A stretch of 55,636 nt of DNA from a virus, in IMG/VR virus record IMGVR_UViG_3300029705_000156; one strand, given 5' to 3'. The notes under the pieces were generated by a model. The model was not told where the DNA came from. It made no database searches and saw only the letters and a program-made list of their open reading frames with translations. This document shows, one piece after another, positions 26,571-35,695 of this stretch. Every line of letters begins with the position of its first letter. Within the stretch, counting starts at the first letter, position 1. The translations under genes were made by a program, and so were the position numbers.

Positions 26571-27883
26571 TGGGCAGACAATCGTCAAGAATATATTTTA
26601 ATGGCAAAGACCATAAAGACATATATTTTAACGGAAAATTTCATAATGCTATGTATTTTAAAGACCAAGGTGGTATTATTTGGCAAAAATTGGGTGGTGG
26701 CTTTGGCAGTAGTTACGGAAGTTTGATTAACACTAAGGCAGGTTCAACAACCATAGGAATAAATAAAATATACGAAAATCCGCCTAGTCTTGATGCGACA
26801 TATACCGCAGACCGCAGATATGGAAATGTTTTTGACACAATCATAAGTGGGGAAAACAAGGTTTTTGGAATAAAATTATACGATAAAAGCTATTTATCCT
26901 ATGTTTGGGTAACAAATGATGGTGGATATTGGAAAAAAGTAGGTGTTTCAAATAGCGTCAAATGGGTTTATCCGTGTTATGACGGATTTTTGTATGCGGA
27001 TAATAAAAATAATGTTTCAAAAGTGGTGCTTGATAGCAACAATGACTTTGTAAGCGAAAGACTGATTTACGAAGATTTGTATTTTTTGTTTAGGACTTAT
27101 GAACAAGAATATGGATACAAATATCAATCAAACGGCGGAATATGGACATACGGCGACGGACTTGCCGACGGACTTGTTATAAAGTTCTTAACGCATACTG
27201 GCTTAATCATTGAATATGCTTTTGATGAAAGAGGCGAATATGCCAGTATTGAATATTGCTTTACTAGAAATAACATAAATTATGCTTATGTAAGCGGTAG
27301 TTTTTACAATGAAGAAACTGGACGCAATTCTACAAGGGCATATGTTTTGTCTTGCGACGGAAGTAGCATAAATGTTGTTGTGGATTCTGGGGCTTATGTA
27401 TCAAATCCAAATAACTGGATAAGAGATGTAAAATACATTATTCCTTGGGGCGGTCAGTTTTACTTGTTTTACTCAACATCAACAACAGTTACCATTAAAT
27501 CAACAGACCTTGTTTCAACTCCGCAAACAGTGGAAGAGTGGAATACTGGCGATTATATAGAATTGCAACTTATAGGCGGAGAAAGCAATGGAATAGACAC
27601 AGTAAGGCTTAATCTAAGTATGTTTATTTCTGAAATTGATACAAGGACAGAGTACGTTAAAAATGGCAATGTTGCAAACTTTACTGTGCGTGATGCTAGG
27701 ATTCACAACAATTTTGCATCTATTTTTGAAAACAATCTGGTAGAAAATGGTGCTTTTTATGAGGGCGGTTATGGTAATGCGTCGGTACTGGCAATTTACT
27801 TAGATAGCCCTATTATTACAAAACAAACGACTGGTTTTGCATATTTTACAGACAATATAGGGGTGGGAGTTTCCTACCCTTAA
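26570..27883 (+). CDS. Tail-associated protein
   Basis: 437-aa track ORF with an ATGA overlap. Confidence 0.4.
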   Translation: MGRQSSRIYFNGKDHKDIYFNGKFHNAMYFKDQGGIIWQKLGGGFGSSYGSLINTKAGSTTIGINKIYENPPSLDATYTADRRYGNVFDTIISGENKVFGIKLYDKSYLSYVWVTNDGGYWKKVGVSNSVKWVYPCYDGFLYADNKNNVSKVVLDSNNDFVSERLIYEDLYFLFRTYEQEYGYKYQSNGGIWTYGDGLADGLVIKFLTHTGLIIEYAFDERGEYASIEYCFTRNNINYAYVSGSFYNEETGRNSTRAYVLSCDGSSINVVVDSGAYVSNPNNWIRDVKYIIPWGGQFYLFYSTSTTVTIKSTDLVSTPQTVEEWNTGDYIELQLIGGESNGIDTVRLNLSMFISEIDTRTEYVKNGNVANFTVRDARIHNNFASIFENNLVENGAFYEGGYGNASVLAIYLDSPIITKQTTGFAYFTDNIGVGVSYP

Positions 27884-27906
27884 TTTATTTTATAAAGGAG
27901 AAAACT

Positions 27907-29211
27907 ATGGCAACTTATAATTCAAGTTTTAACAATCCTTATCCTAGCGGGTGGAAGAATACGCCCGAACAAACAACTCCTATTACGGCAGAAGCATTAC
28001 AAGCACATACAGATGCTTTGCAGGCTATTGATGATTATTTAACAGCCAACCCTATTCCAGAAAGCGGTGGCGGCGGCACAGGAACTACAAATTATAATGA
28101 TTTGTCAAACAAACCCAGTATAAACGGAATTGAATTAAACGGAAATAAAACTAGCGAGCAGTTAGGCATTTCCGGCGGAACAGATGATTACGAAGAACTT
28201 GATAACAAACCCAAAATAAATGGAGTTGAGTTAAGTGGGGATTTATCTGCGGAAGATTTAGGTTTAAGTGGCGGTAGCGGAAGTGGCACTATGAACTACG
28301 AAGAATTAACTAATCTTCCAACAATCGAAAATGTCGAACTAAAAGGCAATGTAACTCTTGCTGAATTAGGCACGAAAAAGCAAATTCGCATTTCTTGGGT
28401 TGATTTTCAAGCATTGCCCACAGAAGAAAGAGAAGATTTAAGCGTTGTTTACTTTATTTATGATTATCCAAATACAGAATACACTGCAAGCAATATTGTT
28501 TACGATGACAGTTTATCCAATATCGGTGCTACAAACGTGCAAGACGCTATTCAAACAGTCGCTAACATTGCAAAAGGAAGAAACCAAGCACACGTTTTTC
28601 AAACTACCGCAGATATGCAAGCGTGGTTGTCAAATGCGGATAACAAGGGGCTTTGGAGCAAAGGCGATAATATTTACATTGTAGAGCTTGATGTACCCGA
28701 TTGGTGGGTAGCAGAAGTATTGGAAGAGGCAGATTCCGAAACTGGATATTATTACAAGATTGCACAGCTTGAAACACAGAAAGTTGATTTAACTAATTAT
28801 CTTCCCTTGTCGGGCGGTACTATGACTGGTACTTTGAATACACAAGACTTGGTACCATATCAAGCTAACGCTGTAAGACTTGGTACAAACGAAAAACCTT
28901 TTTCAAGTGTTAGAACAAACATTTTAAACATTATGAAAAACCTTGCAACTTACATTACGATGAATGTTGTACAAGAAGGAACTGAAACCCAAGAAGGTAT
29001 AACACAAATAATTATTGGTAACTCAACTCCAACTGGTACAAATGGAAACGCTAGGGGCTCACTTGTTTTGTATAACAAAAATGGAAAATATGGTCGTATT
29101 TCTCCCAATAGTGACGCTTCATCAAGCAACATTGAATATAACTTACCTTCTAAAGGCGGTACATTACCCACAGTCACAGTAAGTGGCACAGAAGTAACCA
29201 TTAACTTATAG
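27907..29211 (+). CDS. Tail fibre / receptor-binding protein with three tandem 36-aa repeats
   Basis: Repeats YNDLSNKPSINGIELNGNKTSEQLGISGG / YEELDNKPKINGVELSGDLSAEDLGLSGG / YEELTNLPTIENVELKGNVTLAELG. Confidence 0.6.
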   Translation: MATYNSSFNNPYPSGWKNTPEQTTPITAEALQAHTDALQAIDDYLTANPIPESGGGGTGTTNYNDLSNKPSINGIELNGNKTSEQLGISGGTDDYEELDNKPKINGVELSGDLSAEDLGLSGGSGSGTMNYEELTNLPTIENVELKGNVTLAELGTKKQIRISWVDFQALPTEEREDLSVVYFIYDYPNTEYTASNIVYDDSLSNIGATNVQDAIQTVANIAKGRNQAHVFQTTADMQAWLSNADNKGLWSKGDNIYIVELDVPDWWVAEVLEEADSETGYYYKIAQLETQKVDLTNYLPLSGGTMTGTLNTQDLVPYQANAVRLGTNEKPFSSVRTNILNIMKNLATYITMNVVQEGTETQEGITQIIIGNSTPTGTNGNARGSLVLYNKNGKYGRISPNSDASSSNIEYNLPSKGGTLPTVTVSGTEVTINL

Positions 29212-29223
29212 GGGGTATCTATT

Positions 29224-29412
29224 ATGAAAATAAGTGATGCAACCAAATTTATTGTAAGAAGAACTGATGGTACAAGTTTTGAAGCTACAAAAGTACATTT
29301 AAGACAAACTAACGGAACTGTAACAACAATATGGACTAAACCATCTGCTTTATCAGAAGCAAATTTTGTTTTAGATAACGATGAAAGTGAGGAAAATAAA
29401 TGGGTGCAATAG
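29224..29412 (+). CDS. Hypothetical protein
   Basis: 62-aa track ORF. Confidence 0.4.
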   Translation: MKISDATKFIVRRTDGTSFEATKVHLRQTNGTVTTIWTKPSALSEANFVLDNDESEENKWVQ

Positions 29413-29786
29413 TAAACGGAGGCACATTTTATATCGGTGGTGTCGGTGGTGCATCTGGTGGTGGCTCATCACTTAATTATAGTACGGAAGAACAAGTTGT
29501 CGGCACTTGGATTGATGGCAGACCAGTTTATCAGAAAACTTATGTTGTAAATGGAATAAATGCAGCAAGTGGACATTTTACAATAGACGAACAAGATTAT
29601 ATTTATTTTTTTGGAGTTGCAAAAGTTCAAACATCTATTATTCCTCTTGGAACTGATTGGGATAACTCTTACAAAGCTTCGTGTTATTACGGAGATGGAC
29701 AAATGAATTATCAATTTGGCAGTTGGGGAGATGTGGAAAATAAATCTATTATTTTAACGGCGCAATACACCAAAACAACAGATTAG
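29400..29786 (+). CDS. Hypothetical tail-region protein
   Basis: 128-aa track ORF. Confidence 0.45.
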   Translation: MGAIVNGGTFYIGGVGGASGGGSSLNYSTEEQVVGTWIDGRPVYQKTYVVNGINAASGHFTIDEQDYIYFFGVAKVQTSIIPLGTDWDNSYKASCYYGDGQMNYQFGSWGDVENKSIILTAQYTKTTD

Positions 29787-29797
29787 GAGAATAAATT

Positions 29798-30685
29798 ATG
29801 ATTACAATTAACACAGGCGCAGGACACGCAGCACAAGGCAATAAATACCACGGAGCAGTAGGATTAATTGACGAAAGCAAAGAAGCAAGAGAAGTATTAA
29901 GTAGGGTAAATAGAATTTTGCTTGAAAATGGCATCATAATTAACGATTGCACCATAGATAGCGGTGTAAGTAAGCGTGATATCATTGACAAATCAGTAAA
30001 GTTGCATATTGAGGGCGCAGAATATGATGTTTCTATTCATTTTAATTCTTTTTCTTTAAAGTCGGCAAATGGTACAGAGGTTCTTATTTATTCTGATAAG
30101 GCAAGAGTATTAGCGCAGAATATTGCAGATGAAATCGGAAAACTTGGCTATGTAAAGCGTGGTGGAGGTGTAAAAATCCGCAAAGACTTACGATATTTAA
30201 AAACTTCGCCCAATCCCGCCGTATTGATTGAATGTTGCTTTGTAACAAACGCAAACGATGTTAAGAGGTACAATGCTGATACTATGGCTAAAGCTATCGC
30301 AAACGGCATTTTAAAGACAGTTGCAAAGCAGATGGTAGAAATTAAGCCTACTGTTACAAACAACACTACAAAGCCGAATAACAGCGTTACAAAAAGCAAA
30401 TTTATTGACGGCGGACTTGATTATGCTTTGGTGTTCAATCCGACATATTACTTGAACAAGCACGCGGATCTAAAAAATTCCGTATTTGCAGAAAGCGACA
30501 AGAAATTGTTTGAGCATTTTATTAAGTATGGTATGATTGAGGGCAGACAAGCAAGTTCAAACTTTAATGTAAAAGCATATCGTGATAATTATGCTGATTT
30601 GCGTAAAGCATTCGGGGATAATTTGCCTAAGTATTACCGCCATTATATCGAATTTGGCTACACAGAAAAGCGAAAAGCATTATAA
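29798..30685 (+). CDS. Endolysin, N-acetylmuramoyl-L-alanine amidase (Amidase_3-like) with C-terminal repeat domain
   Basis: N-terminal INTGAGHAAQG...E...SIHFNS pattern. C-terminal duplicated Y..N..DL...F......HY...G..EGR-like motif. Confidence 0.7.
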   Translation: MITINTGAGHAAQGNKYHGAVGLIDESKEAREVLSRVNRILLENGIIINDCTIDSGVSKRDIIDKSVKLHIEGAEYDVSIHFNSFSLKSANGTEVLIYSDKARVLAQNIADEIGKLGYVKRGGGVKIRKDLRYLKTSPNPAVLIECCFVTNANDVKRYNADTMAKAIANGILKTVAKQMVEIKPTVTNNTTKPNNSVTKSKFIDGGLDYALVFNPTYYLNKHADLKNSVFAESDKKLFEHFIKYGMIEGRQASSNFNVKAYRDNYADLRKAFGDNLPKYYRHYIEFGYTEKRKAL

Positions 30686-30999
30686 GGCAATATGAAAAGG
30701 GGCTTGGATTGATTTCCTTGCCCCTTATTTTTTTGTCGATTTTTGCGAATTTATTTTATTGAAATTTGTATTGCAATGTATTATTTTTAAGGTGTCAGCA
30801 ATGGCACACACTCAAGTTCCGGCAAGAGGGGGTATTGCTTTGGTCGGCGGTACTCCCTTAAACCCCCTTTTATAGTAAGAGGATAAAACTATGCAATATC
30901 ATTTTAAAAAATTAGTAGAAATCATAAATGGTATAGACGGATTCAAAATAAACCGTAACAATATTATTCCACAATTAAATAGAAAAGGAGAATGTTGTT

Positions 31000-31128
31000 A
31001 TGGAAGAATTAAAAGAAAAAGAGTATTACAGACAGGCTATTGTTGATATTATTATGAAAATCGACAGATTAGATGTACTTATGTACTTAAACAGATTGAT
31101 TTCACGCATAGTAAAAGAGGGGCGATAA
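31000..31128 (+). CDS. Small hypothetical protein (42 aa)
   Basis: ATG after AAAAGGAG. Ends in the bidirectional terminator. Confidence 0.35.
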   Translation: MEELKEKEYYRQAIVDIIMKIDRLDVLMYLNRLISRIVKEGR

Positions 31129-31146
31129 AACCCCTCTTATTTTTAT
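31116..31146. terminator. Bidirectional intrinsic terminator
   Basis: 7-bp stem agagggg/cccctct with T-runs on both strands, between convergent genes. Confidence 0.65.
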
Positions 31147-31667
31147 TGAATTTCTATATACTCTGGAATAATAAATATACCATTCCAAGTTTGAACTACT
31201 TCTCCGTATATTATACAATGTTGCCCGGCTTCGTAATTGTCTATATTTAATTCGGAATTTTCGGGAAACATTAAATAAACAGATTCTCCAAAATAACTAG
31301 ACACTGCATCGTCTTTTGTTTCTTCGTGCATAACACAGGAACCCATATATTCTCTTCTAAAATTATATATTTCGTCTATATCATCTATAACCATAGCAAA
31401 AGTATCGCTATAATAATAAGTTGCTTTTCCTGATATAAAACCATTAAATTTCACATAATTTCCAACATCAACACTTGGAGTTTCGGCAAAAAAATCATCA
31501 TAATAAACTTCCTTGCACAATTCTTTGTATTCTTCTTTCGTATATTCTACTTCTATTGATTCTTCTTCTGATATTTCTTGCAATATTTCGGTGTTTTCTT
31601 CATTTTCTTGAAAATAACAACCACAAAGAAATAAGCAAATGAAAAATAAAACAAAAATTTTTCTCAT
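31143..31667 (-). CDS. Lipoprotein (superinfection-exclusion candidate)
   Basis: Signal peptide MRKIFVLFFICLFLCGC with a lipobox. Last gene of the repressor operon. Confidence 0.55.
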   Translation of the reverse strand: MRKIFVLFFICLFLCGCYFQENEENTEILQEISEEESIEVEYTKEEYKELCKEVYYDDFFAETPSVDVGNYVKFNGFISGKATYYYSDTFAMVIDDIDEIYNFRREYMGSCVMHEETKDDAVSSYFGESVYLMFPENSELNIDNYEAGQHCIIYGEVVQTWNGIFIIPEYIEIQ

Positions 31668-31708
31668 AAAACACCTACTTTCGGATTTTTTAATCATTTT
31701 ATTATATT

Positions 31709-32026
31709 TTAACCCCATATATTTCCGCATTCATCGCAAACAAACCTTGTAACTTCCCTTGAAATTTCTTCTCTTACCACTTTTTCTTTATGGTTCATAA
31801 CCGTAAATGGCTTTAGCGGATTTAGGTTTAATGAACTTTGCGTTTTTGTTTGCCCAGGTATTACTACTTCTCTTGTAACCATTGTGTGATAATGTGATTT
31901 TTTGCATCTGGGACATATTGGTTTTTGCCCTGTATATTTTGGCATCTTTGGTTTTTTTGCACTTTCTACCATAACAACAGAACCTATAATAACAATTCCT
32001 AAAATTAACATTGCTAAAATTTCCAT
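31709..32026 (-). CDS. Membrane-anchored zinc-ribbon protein
   Basis: N-terminal TM, then CPRCKK...CDECG. Confidence 0.5.
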   Translation of the reverse strand: MEILAMLILGIVIIGSVVMVESAKKPKMPKYTGQKPICPRCKKSHYHTMVTREVVIPGQTKTQSSLNLNPLKPFTVMNHKEKVVREEISREVTRFVCDECGNIWG

Positions 32027-32035
32027 AATTACACC

Positions 32036-32383
32036 TCACTTTCCTAATCTGTCAATCATTTTCATTATATCTTTTCTGTCATCTTCTGACAGTTTAGATA
32101 ACTTAATTGCGTATTCTTTGATTTCTTTGCTTAAAAAGATAACATCTGCATCTAAATCAGCACTTTCTATTATCTCTTTTGGTTCTTCCCATCCCATTAA
32201 ACTTCCGGGTGTTACCCCAAAGCATTTTGCTAAAGATAAAATTCTATCGTAAGGAATTGTAGATATTTCGCCACTTTCATATCTCTTAATAGTCTGCTTT
32301 GTTGTTCCTGTTCTCTTACCTACTTCTTCTAAAGTAAGATTCTGTTCTTCTCTTAATCTTCTTATATTTTCGTGAATACCCAT
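32036..32383 (-). CDS. CI-like repressor (XRE-family HTH)
   Basis: IRRLREEQNLTLEEVGKRTGTTKQTIKRYESG. RBS AAGGAG. Divergent from a Cro-like gene. Confidence 0.8.
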   Translation of the reverse strand: MGIHENIRRLREEQNLTLEEVGKRTGTTKQTIKRYESGEISTIPYDRILSLAKCFGVTPGSLMGWEEPKEIIESADLDADVIFLSKEIKEYAIKLSKLSEDDRKDIMKMIDRLGK

Positions 32384-32422
32384 ATTTTCAACTCCTTTCC
32401 TATATTTTAGTGCCGTGAAACC

Positions 32423-32450
32423 ATTATAACACAAATAACGCAAAATGCAA
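32423..32450 (-). promoter_or_regulatory. Repressor-maintenance-type promoter
   Basis: The minus strand reads TTGCAT-N16-TATAAT with TGT immediately upstream of the -10 (near extended -10). Confidence 0.5.
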
Positions 32451-32472
32451 CAAAAAAAGTTTTAAAAGTTAC

Positions 32473-32501
32473 TTGACACGTTACAAATGGTGTGCTATAT
32501 T
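32473..32501 (+). promoter_or_regulatory. Early rightward promoter
   Basis: TTGACA-N17-TATATT with an extended -10 TG. Confidence 0.6.
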
Positions 32502-32504
32502 AAA

Positions 32505-32521
32505 GTCACACGATACGTGAC
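32505..32521. promoter_or_regulatory. Operator-like inverted repeat GTCAC-N7-GTGAC
   Basis: Immediately downstream of the -10. Related CACGTGAC/GACACG copies lie at 32474-32480 and 32751-32758. Confidence 0.45.
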
Positions 32522-32544
32522 CAAACAGAAAGGGGGTAAGAAAA

Positions 32545-32742
32545 GTGGTAGATACAAACAAACTCAAAGGCTTAATTGTTGAGCGCGGACTTACGCAAAC
32601 AGAAGTGTACAGTAGGATGGGATTATCTAAAAGACAGTGGCAAGGTCGCATTGAAAAGAAGAAATTTGATTCTGATGATATGATGCAACTTATTTCTATT
32701 TTAGATATTGATAACCCTAGTCCTATTTTTTTTGTTCAGTAA
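32545..32742 (+). CDS. Cro-like HTH regulator
   Basis: GTG start after AAGGGGGTAAG. GLTQTEVYSRMGLSKRQWQGRI is HTH-like. Confidence 0.55.
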   Translation: MVDTNKLKGLIVERGLTQTEVYSRMGLSKRQWQGRIEKKKFDSDDMMQLISILDIDNPSPIFFVQ

Positions 32743-32772
32743 GTAACGCAACACGTGACGAAAGGAGATTAT

Positions 32773-32952
32773 ATGGCATTTTACAAATTATTCTGCATAG
32801 TGCATAGGTGGACAGATTGGTCAAGATTGTATGAATGGCAAAGGGAATGTATTTATCCCGAATATTATCGCCAAAGAAGAGAGATTGCGAGAAAAGAGTT
32901 GTCACGTCTTATGGCTTTGAAAAGTTATGTAGATGCCCTTTACGAGTATTGA
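32773..32952 (+). CDS. Hypothetical protein
   Basis: ATG after GAAAGGAGATTAT. The same 16-nt RBS context recurs at 32948. Confidence 0.45.
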   Translation: MAFYKLFCIVHRWTDWSRLYEWQRECIYPEYYRQRREIARKELSRLMALKSYVDALYEY

Positions 32953-32963
32953 AAGGAGATTAT

Positions 32964-33200
32964 ATGTCAAAAGAAACATTAGAACATCGTCCTACGCAAT
33001 GTGAAAAAATTCTTGAATACATACGCAGATTTGGAAGTATTACAAGTTGGCAAGCGTATGCGGATTTAGGAATTACGCAGTTGGGCGCAAGAATTTGGAA
33101 CTTAAAAGAAAAAGGATATGTTTTTACAACAGAGCGTGTTTATTGCAAAAACAGGCTTGGCGAGAAAACACATTACGATGTTTACAGATTAGTGGAGTAA
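32964..33200 (+). CDS. Winged-helix DNA-binding protein
   Basis: CEKILEYIRRFGSITSWQAYADLGITQLGARIWNLKEKGY. Confidence 0.5.
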   Translation: MSKETLEHRPTQCEKILEYIRRFGSITSWQAYADLGITQLGARIWNLKEKGYVFTTERVYCKNRLGEKTHYDVYRLVE

Positions 33201-33211
33201 GGAGAAAACAA

Positions 33212-33466
33212 ATGAAGAAATTTAAAGTAAATGTAGCACAGATTATATGCGGAATTGGATTTGGCATAGTTATGATTGGCGGTTGCGGTTTGGACAGTAT
33301 GGATATGACTAAGCCTGTTGTTCTTTGTTTAATCGGACTATGTTTAATGATTATTTCCGCACCATTTATGGCAAAGGAGAGTAATAGTGAAAAAAATGAT
33401 TTTACTTATAACGGTAGCGATTATTCTAGCAATTATCCCTACGATAAGACTTTCCGCCGGAGATAG
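33212..33466 (+). CDS. Membrane protein
   Basis: Two TM segments. Its last 80 nt overlap the next gene. Confidence 0.4.
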   Translation: MKKFKVNVAQIICGIGFGIVMIGGCGLDSMDMTKPVVLCLIGLCLMIISAPFMAKESNSEKNDFTYNGSDYSSNYPYDKTFRRR

Positions 33467-33872
33467 AGAATGTATTTTGTCAGAAGAAGTTCAAGGCTAT
33501 TGTGAAGAAATTGGCGAGATGTATGGTATATGCCCGGAATTGCTTATGGCGATTATCGAAGCAGAATCCAGCGGCAATCAGTATGCGGAAAACGGAAGTT
33601 GCAAAGGTTTAATGCAAGTATCTGTAAAATGGCACGCTGACAGAATGGAAAAGTTGGGAGTTGTAGATATATACGACGAATATAGCAATATTTTAGTTGC
33701 CACAGATTATTTAGCAGAGTTGCGAGATGATTACGGAGAAGTAAGTTATGTTTTGGACATTTACAACGGAAACTCCAAGGCATACTACAACTACGAAAAC
33801 GGAATTTTATCCAAATATGCCGGAAGTGTCCTCGAAAGAAGTGCAGAGCTAGAAAGAATAAGGGGGAAGTAA
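33387..33872 (+). CDS. Secreted lytic transglycosylase (SLT domain)
   Basis: Signal/TM MKKMILLITVAIILAII, followed by AIIEAESSGNQYAENGSCKGLMQV. Confidence 0.7.
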   Translation: MKKMILLITVAIILAIIPTIRLSAGDRECILSEEVQGYCEEIGEMYGICPELLMAIIEAESSGNQYAENGSCKGLMQVSVKWHADRMEKLGVVDIYDEYSNILVATDYLAELRDDYGEVSYVLDIYNGNSKAYYNYENGILSKYAGSVLERSAELERIRGK

Positions 33873-33874
33873 AT

Positions 33875-33994
33875 ATGTTTTGGTTAGGGTTTTTAAGTGG
33901 TGTGTTTGCGGTTTTAGTTGTTATAGCTATTATTGTTACGATAACGATGATTATTGCATATAAGGGCGCACCGTTGGCAGAAGAAGAAGAGTAA
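33875..33994 (+). CDS. Small single-pass membrane peptide (39 aa)
   Basis: MFWLGFLSGVFAVLVVIAIIVTITMIIAY... Below the track cutoff. Confidence 0.35.
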   Translation: MFWLGFLSGVFAVLVVIAIIVTITMIIAYKGAPLAEEEE

Positions 33995-34015
33995 TTAGAA
34001 AAGGAGTGATTATTA

Positions 34016-34354
34016 GTGAGAAGGCGAATTAGACAAGCGTTGTTTGATTTAGGAATACCTTTTAATTTAAGAGGTTTTGCATATTTAGAAGAAGCGTTGT
34101 TGCGCATTATTGAAGTTGATGAAAAGTCGCTTACCCAGGTTTGTATAGATATCGAAGAAAAAATCTTTGTGTCTTATCAATGCGTTCATAGTGCGATTGG
34201 CACAGCTGTCAAGAAAATGAACAGAAATAGCGATGCATGGAAGCGATATGTCAATGTAGACACAAAAAGCACTGCGGAAATTGTATATGCAATAGCTTTT
34301 AACATTATGAAGGAGATTGAAGATGAACAAGATATATCTGCAAGGGATAGTTAG
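34016..34354 (+). CDS. Spo0A C-terminal (DNA-binding) domain-like protein, no receiver domain
   Basis: IRQALFDLGIPFNLRGFAYLEEALLRII aligns with the Spo0A segment [21 protein letters not shown]. GTG start after AAGGAG. Confidence 0.6.
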   Translation: MRRRIRQALFDLGIPFNLRGFAYLEEALLRIIEVDEKSLTQVCIDIEEKIFVSYQCVHSAIGTAVKKMNRNSDAWKRYVNVDTKSTAEIVYAIAFNIMKEIEDEQDISARDS

Positions 34355-34913
34355 CGAGTTAGAGTTTAGCCACGAATATAAGGGCGAGAAGTTTTATTCA
34401 TTCTTATTATCCACAAACAGATTAAGCGGATATACGGACAAGTTACCTTGCATCGTGCCAGAAGTCAATCTGTCTTATATATACGAAGACCAAATAGTTG
34501 GCATATGTGGCGAAGTACGGACAAGAAATGTAGAAGTAGACGGCAAACGGCATTTAGAAATCTATGTTTTTGTCAAGGACACTGGCAGCTGCGGAGAAGA
34601 TGATGAGAACTTTGTACTTTTGAATGGTTCTATCTGCAAACAGCCGATTTTGCGAGAAACACCGCTTGGCAGAACGATTTGTGACGTGTTTTTAGCCGTA
34701 AACAGACCGACAGGGCAAAGCGACTACATACCTTGTATTTTTTGGGGCAGAAACGCTTTACGAGTGGCAGAAATGGAAGTAGGAAAGGAAATTAGTATTA
34801 CTGGCAGATTGCAGAGTAGGGAATATGTTAAGCAAAACCTTTTCGGCGAGTGCGAAACAAAGACCGCTTATGAATTGTCGGTAGTGGAATTGAAAGGGGT
34901 GGAAGAGTCTTGA
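34323..34913 (+). CDS. Tandem OB-fold SSB-like protein (no acidic tail)
   Basis: Two SSB-like halves (MNKIYLQGIVSE... and NFVLLNGSICKQPILRETPLG...ITGRLQSREY). Confidence 0.5.
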   Translation: MNKIYLQGIVSELEFSHEYKGEKFYSFLLSTNRLSGYTDKLPCIVPEVNLSYIYEDQIVGICGEVRTRNVEVDGKRHLEIYVFVKDTGSCGEDDENFVLLNGSICKQPILRETPLGRTICDVFLAVNRPTGQSDYIPCIFWGRNALRVAEMEVGKEISITGRLQSREYVKQNLFGECETKTAYELSVVELKGVEES

Positions 34914-35077
34914 TATATGTGATTTGGTTTTTTCTTTTGGGATTTTGGATTGCATCGCTTGTTATGTGGTTTTTGACTAGAAAAAAGGAAGGTAACTTTC
35001 ATTTTTTAAGCATCTTTTTGATGAATTTGCTCGCCCTTTTAATAAATGTGGTTTCTCTTCTAATTATTATTTTATGA
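34910..35077 (+). CDS. Small two-TM membrane protein (55 aa)
   Basis: TTG/GTG start overlapping the upstream stop. Below the track cutoff. Confidence 0.3.
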   Translation: MIYVIWFFLLGFWIASLVMWFLTRKKEGNFHFLSIFLMNLLALLINVVSLLIIIL

Positions 35078-35088
35078 AAGGAGCAAAT

Positions 35089-35289
35089 ATGTTAAAAGTC
35101 TACGATTTAATTCAAGAATTATCAAAATATGCACCCGATGATGAAGTTGTTTTTCAAACAGAATTAGGATTGCTGATTACAACCGATAACGGCAAGGAAA
35201 TTGAGACAGATGTTAGAGGTGCTATGGACTACTATGATATAACGCAAAATCCAAAAACAGGAACAGTAACGATTGGGTTGAGGTATTGA
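35089..35289 (+). CDS. Hypothetical protein
   Basis: ATG after AAAGGAG. Confidence 0.5.
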   Translation: MLKVYDLIQELSKYAPDDEVVFQTELGLLITTDNGKEIETDVRGAMDYYDITQNPKTGTVTIGLRY

Positions 35290-35290
35290 T

Positions 35291-35494
35291 ATGGTTAGAT
35301 ACGAAAACGATTGTTGTATGTGCGCAGTGCCAGGTTATCCGTGTACAGGCGAGCATAAACGAGTTCCGCATTATTATTGTGACGGATGCAAGGAAGAGTA
35401 TGAACCCGACTATTTATGCGACTTCTACGGCGAGCATTTATGCGTTGATTGTTTGGTTAAGAGATTTAGAAAAGTGAGCGAAAGGAGTGATTAG
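35291..35494 (+). CDS. Cys-rich zinc-binding protein
   Basis: The 67-aa sequence contains 9 Cys, including CCMC, CDGC and CVDC. Confidence 0.5.
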   Translation: MVRYENDCCMCAVPGYPCTGEHKRVPHYYCDGCKEEYEPDYLCDFYGEHLCVDCLVKRFRKVSERSD

Positions 35495-35695
35495 TTGATT
35501 AAGGTAAGAAAAGGCAAGGTTGATATAAAAGGAAACGAATGCGAGTTGATTGCGGAATTTATGTGCTTAATGTGCAGTATCGCAGTTTCCGTAATTATAC
35601 CAACTCACGGAAAAGAAAATTTGAAAACAGAGTTATACAAAATTGTAGATGAAGTTTGCGATGCAGTTTTAGAAAGCGAGGAAGAAAATGAGTAA
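35495..35695 (+). CDS. Hypothetical protein
   Basis: 66-aa track ORF with a TTG start. Confidence 0.4.
   Translation: MIKVRKGKVDIKGNECELIAEFMCLMCSIAVSVIIPTHGKENLKTELYKIVDEVCDAVLESEEENE

Noticed and set aside
33553-34107. 184-aa minus-strand ORF
   Set aside because: It is antisense to the SLT transglycosylase, which has clear catalytic motifs.
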